From an uncultured delta proteobacterium (GTDB lineage Bacteria; Myxococcota_A; Polyangia; Fen-1088), in NCBI GenBank assembly GCA_963755125.1, contig CAVWIP010000001.1:192001-256000 (forward strand): a DNA stretch of 64,000 nucleotides, read 5' to 3'. Each line of letters opens with the position of its first letter. Position 1 is the first letter of the stretch. A program made the position numbers and the translations under genes. Under the pieces are notes generated by a model. It did not search any database. It saw only the letters and a program-made list of their open reading frames with translations, and was not told the DNA's origin. Below, one piece after another: positions 49,587-59,688 of the stretch.

Positions 49587-51146
49587 TCACGGCGATTCGG
49601 TGATCGGGACGCCGTTCTGGTCGCAGGAGTAGAACGAGTTGTAGTCGCCGACCGCCGTCAGTCCACCGCTGCTCCCCGTGACCCAGTCTTGCCACGCGCA
49701 CGAGGGCTTGCAGCAGTCCTGCATGGTCGTGGTTGAGAAGTGATTTCCATTGGCGGCAGTTGCCTTGAAAGCGGGATTGTTGGCGGCTTGAGCCGCGGTC
49801 GTGACCGTGGGGTCGACCTGGGGAAGTCCCTGCGGGGCCAGTTTGCACCCAGTGACCTGGGTGAGGTGGGTGGGGCATTCGACCTTCATGACATGAACAA
49901 ACCAGTTGAGATGGTAGTAGGTGTTGGGGTCATTCGATTTGATGCAGGAGTTGATGGTTTCGTTGGTCATCAGCGTCGAGTTCGAACTGGTCTGGTTGCA
50001 CGCAGCCGCGATGTCGTTCTGGCAAGCTGCCGACGAGAGCGAGGCCGTGGTCACCCACTGTATGGTCGTTTTGCAATCAGTGTAGGTTCCGGCGCCCTTG
50101 ATGCCACCCGATTGGCCGTTGTCTGGAAATGTCGTATACATGTACAGGCCGGCGGCATCTGTCATTGAGTAGTTGGGCCGACAGGCGTTGTTTCCGCCAT
50201 AACCACCGGCACCCATGAATACGTCAAAATCATCGGGTCCATTGGTTGCCGTGTTGAAACTTTGTACGATAAGCGGCGGCGGAATGGGGATGGCCGAGGG
50301 ACCGGTATTGCTCGCATTCACGTTGCACTGATTCTCCGCAGGGTAGTCGTAGACCAGTTGGTAACATTGGCAGCAGCTCGTCTTGTCGGAGCCATCAATA
50401 CCACCGGTGTCCCGGTCGTGGCCGACCACTGCGTAGTTGAAGGCCGTATTGCCATCGTCGATGGCGGCCTGGAGCATCTCGTCGCTGAACAACATCCAGC
50501 GCGGGCAGGCGAAGGTGATGTCGGCGCCTGGCTTGGACGAGGGGGTGTCCTGACAGGCGTTGACCGACGAGCACTTTCCACCACAGGCGGAACTGGCATC
50601 GTTCCAGGTGCAGTTCTGGACGAAAAATTGATTGTCGCACTGCTTGGGGGCCGGCAGTGCGTAGCTGAGCGGGGCTGGTCCTGCGTCGGCGGGAGTGCTG
50701 GAACTGCTGGCGCCCCCGGTTCTGCCGGAGCTTCCTGGGGCCGACGACCCACCGGCAACGGTCGTTCCACCAGCGAGCGAGGAACCGCCTTTGCTCGACG
50801 AGGTGGCAGTGCTGGTGGAGCCGCCGGTGTTGGTGGAGCCGCCGGTATTGGTGGAGCCACCCATAGAGGTGGTCCCTGAACCGCCGTTTCCTCCGGCGGC
50901 GGACGATACGCTTGCAGAGCCAGTGGAGCCGCCGTTTCCCGAAGAACCTTCGCTGCTGGTGTTTCCCCCCGCCGGTTTGGTTGTCGTCGATCCGCCATTG
51001 CCAGACCCAACGGCTGTCGTCTTGGCGCACGCCCCGGCGGCTAGCATCAACCCGCACAGACCCGTCGCCACTGTGAGCCGACAACGAATCGAAGGCTCAG
51101 ACTTGGGAGAGGAACGTGGCGGTCGTGTAGCCGGGGTCAAAGCCAT
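49587..51146 (-). CDS. Lipoprotein with Ser/Gly/Thr linker and circularly permuted GH45-like domain
   Basis: CCQCYQL, IVQSFNT, FDVFMGAGGYG, VECP..TGC, followed by DCCKPSCAW near the C-terminus. Confidence 0.8.
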   Translation of the reverse strand: MALTPATRPPRSSPKSEPSIRCRLTVATGLCGLMLAAGACAKTTAVGSGNGGSTTTKPAGGNTSSEGSSGNGGSTGSASVSSAAGGNGGSGTTSMGGSTNTGGSTNTGGSTSTATSSSKGGSSLAGGTTVAGGSSAPGSSGRTGGASSSSTPADAGPAPLSYALPAPKQCDNQFFVQNCTWNDASSACGGKCSSVNACQDTPSSKPGADITFACPRWMLFSDEMLQAAIDDGNTAFNYAVVGHDRDTGGIDGSDKTSCCQCYQLVYDYPAENQCNVNASNTGPSAIPIPPPLIVQSFNTATNGPDDFDVFMGAGGYGGNNACRPNYSMTDAAGLYMYTTFPDNGQSGGIKGAGTYTDCKTTIQWVTTASLSSAACQNDIAAACNQTSSNSTLMTNETINSCIKSNDPNTYYHLNWFVHVMKVECPTHLTQVTGCKLAPQGLPQVDPTVTTAAQAANNPAFKATAANGNHFSTTTMQDCCKPSCAWQDWVTGSSGGLTAVGDYNSFYSCDQNGVPITESP

Positions 51147-51281
51147 GCGACCAGACTAGCGATCTCCAACGTATTTGGGAAGACACCACTCTGCTTGCCA
51201 TGGATTTGCGCAAGGCAGACCTACGCGGATTTCTTGCCCGTGGCTGTCGCTGTCAACGCCTGGGCGTTGAAACTGCGCAAC

Positions 51282-53354
51282 TCAAGACCGACGCGTCGAA
51301 CCGGGGGGACGCGATCGATGCCGACGGTGTCGCGGCTTGTTCATGGCAGGACGGGCTGTGCGGGCCTGATTGTGGTCAGGTGGAACCAGGCAATTCCGTC
51401 CGTGGCCGATGAGGTCTGGCCGGCCCAGATGAAGAAGCGCAGCGCGAATCTGCGGCCAGTTCTCGGAATCGTGGTAGCGCAGGAACGCTTTGTGCAACCG
51501 GCGTTGCTTCTCGCCGCGGGCCACGCAGACTTCCTCGCCGCCGCGTCGGTGCAGGGGACGCAAGGGGTTCTTGCCCGAATGGTACATGGCCGTGGCCATG
51601 GCCATGGGCGAGGGCAGAAAGGCCTGCACCTGATCGGGCCGGAAGTTGTTGCGCTTGCACCAGAGCGCGAGCGCCACCATGTCTCGCAGCGAGGTGCCCG
51701 GGTGCGCGGCAATGAAGTACGGGATGAGGTACTGCTCCTTGCCGGCCTGGCGCGAGAAGCGCTCGAACAGCACGCGAAACTCGTCGAACGCAGTGATGCC
51801 CGGCTTGCACATCTTGGCCAGCGGCCCGAGCTCGCTGTGCTCGGGGGCGACCTTGAGATAACCGCCGACATGGTGCCTGACCAACTCCTCGACGTAGGCG
51901 GGCGAGACCAGGGCCAGGTCGTAGCGCACGCCTGATCCGATGGTGATTTTCTTCACCCCCGCGGCCTGGCGCGCCCGCTGGTAGAGATCAATGAGCGGGC
52001 CGTGATTGGTGTCGAGATTGGGGCAGATGCCCGGGAAAAGACACGAGAGCCGGCGGCACGCGGCCTCGATCGCGGGGTCCTTGCACGTGAGCCGATACAT
52101 ATTGGCGGTCGGCCCGCCCAGATCGGAGATCACGCCCGTGAACCCCGGCGTCTTGTCGCGCACCGACGCTATTTCGCGCAAGATCGACGCAGGCGAGCGG
52201 CTCTGGATGATGCGGCCTTCGTGCTCGGTGAGCGAGCAGAAGGTGCAGCCGCCGAAGCATCCGCGCATGATGGCGATCGAGCACTTGATCATCTCGTAGG
52301 CCGGGATGCGCGAGTCGCCATAGCTCGGGTGGGGCCGGCGCGAAAACGGCAGATCGTAGACTGCGTCCAGTTCGGCCGTGGTCAGCGGTAGGGCCGGCGG
52401 GTTCACCCACAGGTCGCGGCTGCCGTGGCGTTGCACCAAGGCGCGCGCGTTGCCCGGGTTGGATTCGAGATGCACGATGCGCGAGGCGTGGGCGTAGAGG
52501 ACCGGATCCTCGGCCACCGCCTCGAAGCTGGGCAGGCGGACGACCTGGCCCTTGGACGCCCTGGCGCGACCGACGGTGGTAGCGTCGATCTCAGAATCCC
52601 GATCGGGTCGCGTGGCCTTGGCCGACAACGCGATCGCAGTGCCGCGCACGTCGGCGATCGCGGCGACCGGCTCGCCTGCGGCGAGGCGATGAGCGATCTC
52701 GACCACCTGGCGCTCGCCGTTGCCGTAGACCAGCAGGTCAGCCTTGCAATCGAGGAGCACTGAGCGCCGCACCTTGTCCGACCAGTAGTCATAGTGGGCG
52801 ACCCGGCGCAGGCTGGCCTCGATGCCGCCGATGACGATGGGCACGTCGGGAAAGGCTTCGCGGCAGCGCTGGGAGTAGACCGTGACCGCGCGTTCCGGTC
52901 GCAGGCCGGGCTTGGCGTCCGGCGCATACGCGTCGTCGCTGCGCGAACGTTTCTCCGCGGTGTACAGGTTCACCATCGAGTCCATGTTCCCGCCGGTCAC
53001 GCCGAACATGAGGGCCGGGCGGCCGAGCGAGGCGAACGCGGTGGCCGAGCGCCACTCGGGCTGGGCGATGATGCCGACGCGAAAGCCCTGTTCCTCCAGC
53101 ACGCGGCCGATCAGCGCCGCCCCGAAGCTCGGGTGATCGACGTAGGCGTCGCCGGTCACCAGGATGACGTCGCAGCATTCCCAGCCGAGCCGGTCCAGCT
53201 CGGCGCGCGACACGGGCAGGACCGGCGCCACGCCGAAGCGATGCGCCCAGTACTTGCGCCGCGCGAACAGGGTGGAGGGCAGTCGGCTGGGCGAGACAAT
53301 CTGCCAGCGGGCAGAAGCAGGCGACACAGGGTTTTTGCCAGTGGGCGTCGGCAT
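51282..53354 (-). CDS. ygiQ: YgiQ family radical SAM protein
   Basis: [38 protein letters not shown]. Confidence 0.93.
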   Translation of the reverse strand: MPTPTGKNPVSPASARWQIVSPSRLPSTLFARRKYWAHRFGVAPVLPVSRAELDRLGWECCDVILVTGDAYVDHPSFGAALIGRVLEEQGFRVGIIAQPEWRSATAFASLGRPALMFGVTGGNMDSMVNLYTAEKRSRSDDAYAPDAKPGLRPERAVTVYSQRCREAFPDVPIVIGGIEASLRRVAHYDYWSDKVRRSVLLDCKADLLVYGNGERQVVEIAHRLAAGEPVAAIADVRGTAIALSAKATRPDRDSEIDATTVGRARASKGQVVRLPSFEAVAEDPVLYAHASRIVHLESNPGNARALVQRHGSRDLWVNPPALPLTTAELDAVYDLPFSRRPHPSYGDSRIPAYEMIKCSIAIMRGCFGGCTFCSLTEHEGRIIQSRSPASILREIASVRDKTPGFTGVISDLGGPTANMYRLTCKDPAIEAACRRLSCLFPGICPNLDTNHGPLIDLYQRARQAAGVKKITIGSGVRYDLALVSPAYVEELVRHHVGGYLKVAPEHSELGPLAKMCKPGITAFDEFRVLFERFSRQAGKEQYLIPYFIAAHPGTSLRDMVALALWCKRNNFRPDQVQAFLPSPMAMATAMYHSGKNPLRPLHRRGGEEVCVARGEKQRRLHKAFLRYHDSENWPQIRAALLHLGRPDLIGHGRNCLVPPDHNQARTARPAMNKPRHRRHRSRPPGSTRRS

Positions 53355-53440
53355 GGGATGGCTACGCTGCCGATGAATCTGTCAGATTCGCGGGCCAAGT
53401 GCGAAGGGTCGCAGTTGCAGGGCTGCGGTATGATGGCCCC

Positions 53441-53521
53441 ATGGCCTCCACCACGGTCGGCGTGATTTCCGATACCCACGGCTTGCTTCGGCCCGAGGAA
53501 CTGATCGCGTTGGGGGAATAG
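53441..53521 (+). pseudogene. 5' stub of a YfcE-like metallophosphoesterase gene
   Basis: MASTTVGVISDTHGLLRPEELIALGE*; TATGAT 6 nt before the ATG. Confidence 0.7.
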
Positions 53522-53542
53522 GGGCTTTCGCTCGGCCAGGCT

Positions 53543-55690
53543 ATGGGGAAACGCAGGTCCGCACCGAGAAAAGGCACGCACGCCGCTGCTGACGGGGCGA
53601 AGGGCGTGGATGCGGCCGCCGCTAGCCAGTCGGCTACGCGGCTCCGGCTCGCTCCTTTTCTGGTGTTTCTCGCCCTGGCAGCGCTCTACATCGCGACCTT
53701 GAATCCATCGGTGGCGGGCGGCGATAGCGGTGAGATCACGGCCGCGGCGCTCACCGGCGGGGTTCCCCATCCCTCGGGCTATCCGCTGTTCGCGATGCTG
53801 GCGCGCTTCTTCGCCGCGCTACCGCTCGGGCACTCGCCTGCCTGGCGCGTGAACTTGCTTTCCGCTTTGTCGACCGCAGCGGCAGGCGGGTTGGTGTGCG
53901 CCGTGGTCCAGTCGTGGATCCGCAATACCTGGGCGGGGATTCTGGCAGCCGCGCTGTTTGGCGCGAATTCACTGGTCTGGTCGCATGCGACCAGCGCAGA
54001 GGTGTTCGGGCTCAATGCCATGTTCGTAGCCCTGGTTTTCACGCTGTGGTTGTGGGTCGAGCGCACGCTTTCTCGCCGCGCGGTATTTGCGCTGGTCTTT
54101 GCCAGCGGGCTTGGCATGTGCAACCACCACAGCCTTGTGTTCGTCGCGGCACCCTTGGTCATCCGGTCGCTTTGGGTGGCACGGCGCAATCTTGGCGCGA
54201 CGGGTGTGGCCATGGCTTGCGCACTTGGGCTGCTCGGATTGGCCCCGTACCTCTATTTGATGTCGGCCTCTACTTCAGCAGCGGCCGTTTCGTGGGGAGA
54301 TGAAAGCAGCATCGCCGGCCTGGTCGCCCATATCCTGCGCCGTGATTATGGAACTTTCGGCATGGGCCGGGCCGGTGCGCAAACCGTCTTCGTCGCGCAC
54401 GGCACGTTCTTCCCGACCCTCTGGCGCATGTGGGGATACGCGTTTCCTCGTCTTCTTTGGTTTGGTCCTGTCCTGGCTGTAACGGGTTTCTATCTCGGCG
54501 TGAAGAATCGCCCAACCCGCACCACGACCGTCATGCTTCTTCTCGTCCTCTGCTTCTACAGCCTGACCTTTTCTGCTCTGTCCAACCTGTCGACGCCAAG
54601 ACCGCACTTGCTGGCTGTGCTCGGCCGGTTCTGCATCGAATCCGATCTGCTGTTGGCGATTGCCGCCGGGGTTGGGTTTGCTGGTCTTTTGCAAAGACTG
54701 GGCGCGCGCGTTTCCTGGCCACGCCTGGCTCCTGTCGCGGTTGTGGCGGCGTTCGCGCTCGGCGTCGCTCTTCATGCGGGGCAAGCCAGCGGGCGCCACA
54801 ACACCGTGTATCGCGATTTCGTGACGACTGCGTTCGCGTCGCTTCCAGCCAATGCCCTCGTGATCACGGCGATGGGGGACGATGTCACGGGCGCTGTCTT
54901 CTATTTTCAAGAGGTGGAGCAACTCCGCACCGACGTTGTTCACCTGGATAGCGACTACCTGGCCATGTCCTGGTACATGGCACGGAGGCGGCGTCTTCAT
55001 CCTGATGTGTACCTGCCGCAAGGTGCTCATGGCTCAGGTGGCTGGACCCTCAAGCAACTGCTCGACGGTAATCCCCACCGGCCGGTCGTCGTCATCGGTC
55101 ATGTGGACGATTGGGACACAAGCTGGCAAGACGGATACAAGCTGGTCACCTACGGCTTGCTTCGCTGGCTGGTTCGGCCGGCCGAGTTTCCAACCTACGA
55201 GGAATGGGTCGAACGAGATCGTCAGGCCATCGGCACATACGACATTGCGCCGGCCCTGCGCGCGCCAGACGAGTCCTGGGAAAATGGTCTCGGTCGGCGG
55301 GTCATTGATTCGCAAGTCGGGCGCGCGCACCTCGCGCTTGTTTACAGCGACGAGCGCGGAGGTGCCTTGGAGCCCGCGCGTTATGCACTTCGCATTCTCG
55401 AGGAAGTCGTGGCCCAGTCTGGCGGCGACGGCGAGCTTGGCATCGCCGCGGCACCGGAAATGCGCAAGATCGAACCGGGTGCAGCCCTCTGGAAGAATCT
55501 TGGTCTGGCCTACCAAGTCCTGGCTCGCAGCGACGGCAGGTATGCTGCCCGCCTGGCCATTGCCTGCGCGAGGTTCGTCCAGCGAGCAAGAGCCGACGAT
55601 CCCGATCTACCGGCGGCGCGCAAGTACCTTGATGAGATGCGCGCGCCCCAGCGGGACGCCGTTCTCAATACTCAGCGAATCTCGCCGTAG
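53543..55690 (+). CDS. DUF2723 multi-pass membrane protein (TMEM260-like GT-C glycosyltransferase candidate)
   Basis: GGDSGE..GGVPHPSGYPL..AEVFGL..NHH motifs and many TM helices. Confidence 0.85.
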   Translation: MGKRRSAPRKGTHAAADGAKGVDAAAASQSATRLRLAPFLVFLALAALYIATLNPSVAGGDSGEITAAALTGGVPHPSGYPLFAMLARFFAALPLGHSPAWRVNLLSALSTAAAGGLVCAVVQSWIRNTWAGILAAALFGANSLVWSHATSAEVFGLNAMFVALVFTLWLWVERTLSRRAVFALVFASGLGMCNHHSLVFVAAPLVIRSLWVARRNLGATGVAMACALGLLGLAPYLYLMSASTSAAAVSWGDESSIAGLVAHILRRDYGTFGMGRAGAQTVFVAHGTFFPTLWRMWGYAFPRLLWFGPVLAVTGFYLGVKNRPTRTTTVMLLLVLCFYSLTFSALSNLSTPRPHLLAVLGRFCIESDLLLAIAAGVGFAGLLQRLGARVSWPRLAPVAVVAAFALGVALHAGQASGRHNTVYRDFVTTAFASLPANALVITAMGDDVTGAVFYFQEVEQLRTDVVHLDSDYLAMSWYMARRRRLHPDVYLPQGAHGSGGWTLKQLLDGNPHRPVVVIGHVDDWDTSWQDGYKLVTYGLLRWLVRPAEFPTYEEWVERDRQAIGTYDIAPALRAPDESWENGLGRRVIDSQVGRAHLALVYSDERGGALEPARYALRILEEVVAQSGGDGELGIAAAPEMRKIEPGAALWKNLGLAYQVLARSDGRYAARLAIACARFVQRARADDPDLPAARKYLDEMRAPQRDAVLNTQRISP

Positions 55691-56586
55691 ACCCCACGGT
55701 AGATCGCCTCGGCGGCTTCCAGCATGGCGGGGCCGGGCTCGTCTAGCAGCTCGGCGGGAAGCTCGACGATCCGGTCGGGCTCGTGGCAAGCGGGCAAGTG
55801 GTCGGCGCCAGGAAAGGCACAGACTGCGGCGGACATTCCCTGCTTGGTCACGATCAGGTCAGGCGCCAGGTCCAGCAACTGCTCAGCCGAGAACGCCGGC
55901 CAGTCGCGATAGCGGACCGCCGCGACATCGATCAAACCGCCTGCGGTCAGAACGTCGTGCAACGCAGTTCCGGTCGTGCCGCCCTGAACCTGATTGCCGA
56001 TTATCGACAGAAATAGAGCAGTCTTGCGCGGACGCCCTGCCAGCCCAGCGGCCACGCTGTTCATCCGCTGCACAAAGGTGCGCGCGAAGTTCCGGCCTCG
56101 CTCGGGCTGGCCCAGCAGTTCAGCCAAGGTCTTGGCCGTGCTGACCAGACTGCCGACTCCGCGAAGTTCGCCCAGGTCGAAGACCTCGATGCCAGCCGAA
56201 CGCAGCTTGGCCGACCGCCCGGGCGTGCCGAAGCTGTTGGTCAGCACCAGATCCGGCCCCAGCGCAATCAGCGCCTCGACCGGTCCGAAGCCGTCGACGA
56301 TCGGCTTGCCTGCATAGCGATATCCGTCCTGTGGCCGCTCGGCGGCGGCGCGACTGAACGCGAGGATGCGGTCGGGCTCGGCGAGTTCTAGCAGCAGGCG
56401 ATCGGTGACCAAATTGGTCGATACGATGCGCGTGTAGCGCCGCAACGGCACCGAGTGTAAAGCGGCATCGACGATACTTGCGCTGCCAGCCGCGCGACCT
56501 GCCCGGCCGTGGCCACTGCCAAGGTGAATGGTCAGTGCGATTGCCGCGGCCAGGGCGGAGGCATTGGCCATGGTCACGCGCTTCAT
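55672..56586 (-). CDS. btuF: Cobalamin ABC transporter substrate-binding protein
   Basis: RIVSTN..TDRLLLEL..EALIALGPDLV..PGP; last gene of the riboswitch operon. Confidence 0.75.
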   Translation of the reverse strand: MKRVTMANASALAAAIALTIHLGSGHGRAGRAAGSASIVDAALHSVPLRRYTRIVSTNLVTDRLLLELAEPDRILAFSRAAAERPQDGYRYAGKPIVDGFGPVEALIALGPDLVLTNSFGTPGRSAKLRSAGIEVFDLGELRGVGSLVSTAKTLAELLGQPERGRNFARTFVQRMNSVAAGLAGRPRKTALFLSIIGNQVQGGTTGTALHDVLTAGGLIDVAAVRYRDWPAFSAEQLLDLAPDLIVTKQGMSAAVCAFPGADHLPACHEPDRIVELPAELLDEPGPAMLEAAEAIYRGVYGEIR

Positions 56587-57365
56587 GGCGCTGTGTCCTT
56601 CGGGGCCGGCATGCGATAGCCGAACTGGGCCGCGGGCACCATCTCGACGCCGTAGACCCGACGCACGGGCTCGGCCGAAATGACTTCTGCCGCTGGGCCC
56701 GCGGCGACCAGACGGCCGCCCGCGAGCAACAACGCCCGATCGCTCGTCTGAGCGGCTTCGTTGAGTTGATGGAGCGCGACCATGACCAGCGATCCGCGGC
56801 TCGCCAGGCCGCGCAGCAAGTGAAGCAGACCAAGCGCATGGGTAACGTCCAGCGCTGCCGTGGGCTCGTCGAGTAACAGCACGCGCGCCTGCGTAGCCAG
56901 GGCGCGCGCCAGCAGCACCAGTCGTCGCTCGCCATAGGACAGGCGACAGAACGCGCGGCCAGCCAGACGGCGCGTGTCGGTCAGTTCCATGGCGCGATCG
57001 ATGGCCGCATCGTCGCCGCGACCTGGCCGGCCCCAGACATCTCGATGGGCGAAGCGGCCGTGCGCCACCACGTCGCGCGCCGGCAGCGCCACATCCAGCG
57101 CCGAATGCTGGGGAACATAGGCCACAAGGCGCGCGCGTTCTGCTCGGCCAAGCCGGACCGCCTCGCGCCCGTCGAGCCGCAGCCCGCCCGAAAACGGAAG
57201 CAGGCCCGCCAGTGTCTTGAGCAGCGTGCTCTTGCCTGCGCCGTTGGGCCCCAGCAACGCCACAACCTGTCCTGCACCCAACGAAAAAGAAATCTCGTCG
57301 AGCAGCAAGTGATCTCCCCGTCGCACAGTGAGCCCCTGCGCCTCAACAAATGTCGCGTCAGCCAT
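56583..57365 (-). CDS. btuD: Cobalamin ABC transporter ATP-binding protein
   Basis: GPNGAGKST, LSYGE, LLLDEPT. Confidence 0.82.
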   Translation of the reverse strand: MADATFVEAQGLTVRRGDHLLLDEISFSLGAGQVVALLGPNGAGKSTLLKTLAGLLPFSGGLRLDGREAVRLGRAERARLVAYVPQHSALDVALPARDVVAHGRFAHRDVWGRPGRGDDAAIDRAMELTDTRRLAGRAFCRLSYGERRLVLLARALATQARVLLLDEPTAALDVTHALGLLHLLRGLASRGSLVMVALHQLNEAAQTSDRALLLAGGRLVAAGPAAEVISAEPVRRVYGVEMVPAAQFGYRMPAPKDTAP

Positions 57366-58344
57366 GGCTGACCTCGCGCTGCGAACGCGCCAGCAAGAAC
57401 AGGAACACGGGCGCCCCAATGATGCCGGTGATCACGCCCAGGGGCAGCTCGGACCGGCTGGGGAAGACGCGCGCGATGACGTCACAGGCGACGAGAAACG
57501 CGCCGCCCAGCAGGGCACAGGCCGGAATCAGGCGTCCATGGCGCACGCCCACCAGGGGCCGCAGGGTGTGCGGAACGATGAGACCCACGAATCCCACGTT
57601 GCCGCCCACGGCGATAGCGGCAGCGGCCAGCACCGCCACCCAGGTCACGGCCCAGCGTCGGGCGCGGCCCACCTCGACGCCCAATGTGGCGGCCTCGTCC
57701 TCGCCAGAAAGCAGCAGGTCGAGGTTGTCGCTCCACAGCCAGCAGGCAACCATGCCGATGCCGACCAGGGGCAGGGCCGCGAAAAGCTGGCGCGAGCTGA
57801 CGCCGCCCACGCCGCCCAAGGTGAAGGACACCACGGCCCGGCTCATGTCCCAGGAATCCTGCGCCAGGCTGGTGATGAAGCTGGACAGCGCGAGGAACAG
57901 CGACGACAGGATGAAGCCGGTGAGAATGAGAGTCAGCGTGCCGGTACGCTCGCGACAGAAGCTGAGCACGATGGCCAGCGACAGGCCCGCGCCCAAAAGA
58001 CAGCCTAGAGGCAACACCATCTCGGCGCTGACCGCCAAGCTAGCCAGGGGCGAGCCGGAAACGAGTGCCAACATGGCCAACTGTCCGCCCAGGCTGGCGC
58101 CCGCGGTCGTGCCGAGGATAGAAGGGCTGACCAGTGGGTCGCGAAACACGCCCTGGACCACGGCGCCGCCGGTGGCCAGGGCCGCGCCTGCCAGCAAGGC
58201 GGCCCCCACGCGCGTGGCGCGCAGGCCGAGCAGCGTCGAGCGCAGCGCGGGATCGGCGAGGCTGCCGTGCCCGACCAGCAAGGCCAGCGCCACCGCGCCG
58301 ATCAGCAGCGCGAGCAGGACCAGGTACGTGAGCGTGGTCTTCAT
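57358..58344 (-). CDS. btuC: Cobalamin ABC transporter permease (FecCD)
   Basis: QGVFRDPL, GEDEAATLGV, GFVGLIVPH, ELPLGVIT. Confidence 0.85.
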   Translation of the reverse strand: MKTTLTYLVLLALLIGAVALALLVGHGSLADPALRSTLLGLRATRVGAALLAGAALATGGAVVQGVFRDPLVSPSILGTTAGASLGGQLAMLALVSGSPLASLAVSAEMVLPLGCLLGAGLSLAIVLSFCRERTGTLTLILTGFILSSLFLALSSFITSLAQDSWDMSRAVVSFTLGGVGGVSSRQLFAALPLVGIGMVACWLWSDNLDLLLSGEDEAATLGVEVGRARRWAVTWVAVLAAAAIAVGGNVGFVGLIVPHTLRPLVGVRHGRLIPACALLGGAFLVACDVIARVFPSRSELPLGVITGIIGAPVFLFLLARSQREVSHG

Positions 58345-58347
58345 GGA

Positions 58348-59688
58348 TCAATACAATGCGAGAGTCCGCGGCAGCAGGCCCCTGGCGGGATCGCTGACCA
58401 GAGAAGGCATCTCGGCGGGTGGCCAGACACTCACGTCAAACACGTGCAACTTGGGCGATTGGGCATCGGCATCGCCCAGGAACACGCGCTGGGAATCCGG
58501 GTCAAAGGCCAGACCTCCCAGCACCCAGGCGCCGCTGGCGTCGAGCAGCTTTTGCGGCACGCCGCGGGTGAAATCGAACTGCCAGAATTGATCAGGTGGC
58601 GAACCCGTGACATCGCCGGGCACGATGGCAAAGGCGAGGGTGGAGCTTACCACGGCCAGATCGGTTCCTGAAAGCGGCCGGCCAAATGCAGCGGCCATCA
58701 GAGGCTGCACCGAAACGGGCGACACCGATGTATCGATGAGCGCCACGCCTGAGCCATTGATCTGATTGGCACCGTCGGAGAAGAACCCGGAGCAAACCAC
58801 AGCCAATGCTCCATCCTGTCCGGGCACCGGCACGATGGCGCTGCAGTCTTTGAAGCCGGGCAGATCGATGACCGAGCTGACCGTGTCGGTCGCGGGATCC
58901 ACGACGACCACGCGGCCTGGCCCGGCCTGGCTGACCAGGTCGGCGCTGAGGCTGTTGAGCGTGACGTAGATCTTGCCGCCTAGAGACTGGGCGCGGTCGG
59001 GGTTGGGATTGATGCCGGTGCCGCCCGTGGCGTAGGGGGAAAGGTCAATGCGGGACACAGCCTTGCCGAAGTCGAGATCCAGGATCAAGAGATCACCGCC
59101 TGCGTCGAGGCTAGACGGGTCCGCGCTCGGTTGGGGGTTGGTCGCATAGCGAGTCACGTAGAGCCTGTTGGGCGCGATTGCCACCACGTCGTGTGGGTTG
59201 GCCGCGAATCCAGTGCTGACGCTCACTTGCCGGGTTACCGTGCAGCTCGCGGGATCCACCCACACCAGGGCGTTGTTCCCTCGATCGATGAGGATCAGGG
59301 GATGGCCGGGCAGAGGCGCGCTGGGCAGCACCACGTCGCCGGACAGTGCCTCCGAGAGTTGCGGCGCGACGCTGCCAGAATTGAGGCAGTTGTCGTGCAC
59401 CAGCGTGGCGGTTGCAGGATCTACCAGCGACAGTAGCGACGAAGTGTAGTCGATGCTGCCGTGAATGACGGCCAGTCCATTGGGGGCAGAATCAGTCGCA
59501 ACCTCGGGTGCCGTGCCGCTGTCGGCCGCGCTGGCAGAATCGGTCGCGACGTCGGGTGTTGCGGCGACGTCAGCCGCGCAGGCCGCGTCCTGGGCGGGGC
59601 TGACGTTGCCGCTGCCGCAGGCGAGGCCGAATAGCGTGGGTAGCGAAAAGATCGAAGAGAGAGCGATGTGGCGAGATGTTTTGTTCAT
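58348..59688 (-). CDS. Beta-propeller-like lipoprotein in the cobalamin uptake operon
   Basis: Lipobox GLAC; NPHDV, VVVVDPATDTV repeats. Confidence 0.75.
   Translation of the reverse strand: MNKTSRHIALSSIFSLPTLFGLACGSGNVSPAQDAACAADVAATPDVATDSASAADSGTAPEVATDSAPNGLAVIHGSIDYTSSLLSLVDPATATLVHDNCLNSGSVAPQLSEALSGDVVLPSAPLPGHPLILIDRGNNALVWVDPASCTVTRQVSVSTGFAANPHDVVAIAPNRLYVTRYATNPQPSADPSSLDAGGDLLILDLDFGKAVSRIDLSPYATGGTGINPNPDRAQSLGGKIYVTLNSLSADLVSQAGPGRVVVVDPATDTVSSVIDLPGFKDCSAIVPVPGQDGALAVVCSGFFSDGANQINGSGVALIDTSVSPVSVQPLMAAAFGRPLSGTDLAVVSSTLAFAIVPGDVTGSPPDQFWQFDFTRGVPQKLLDASGAWVLGGLAFDPDSQRVFLGDADAQSPKLHVFDVSVWPPAEMPSLVSDPARGLLPRTLALY

Noticed and set aside
51253..51270. Hairpin TCAACGCC-TG-GGCGTTGA after ygiQ as a terminator
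   Set aside because: 2-nt loop and no U-tract on the transcribed strand; function unsupported
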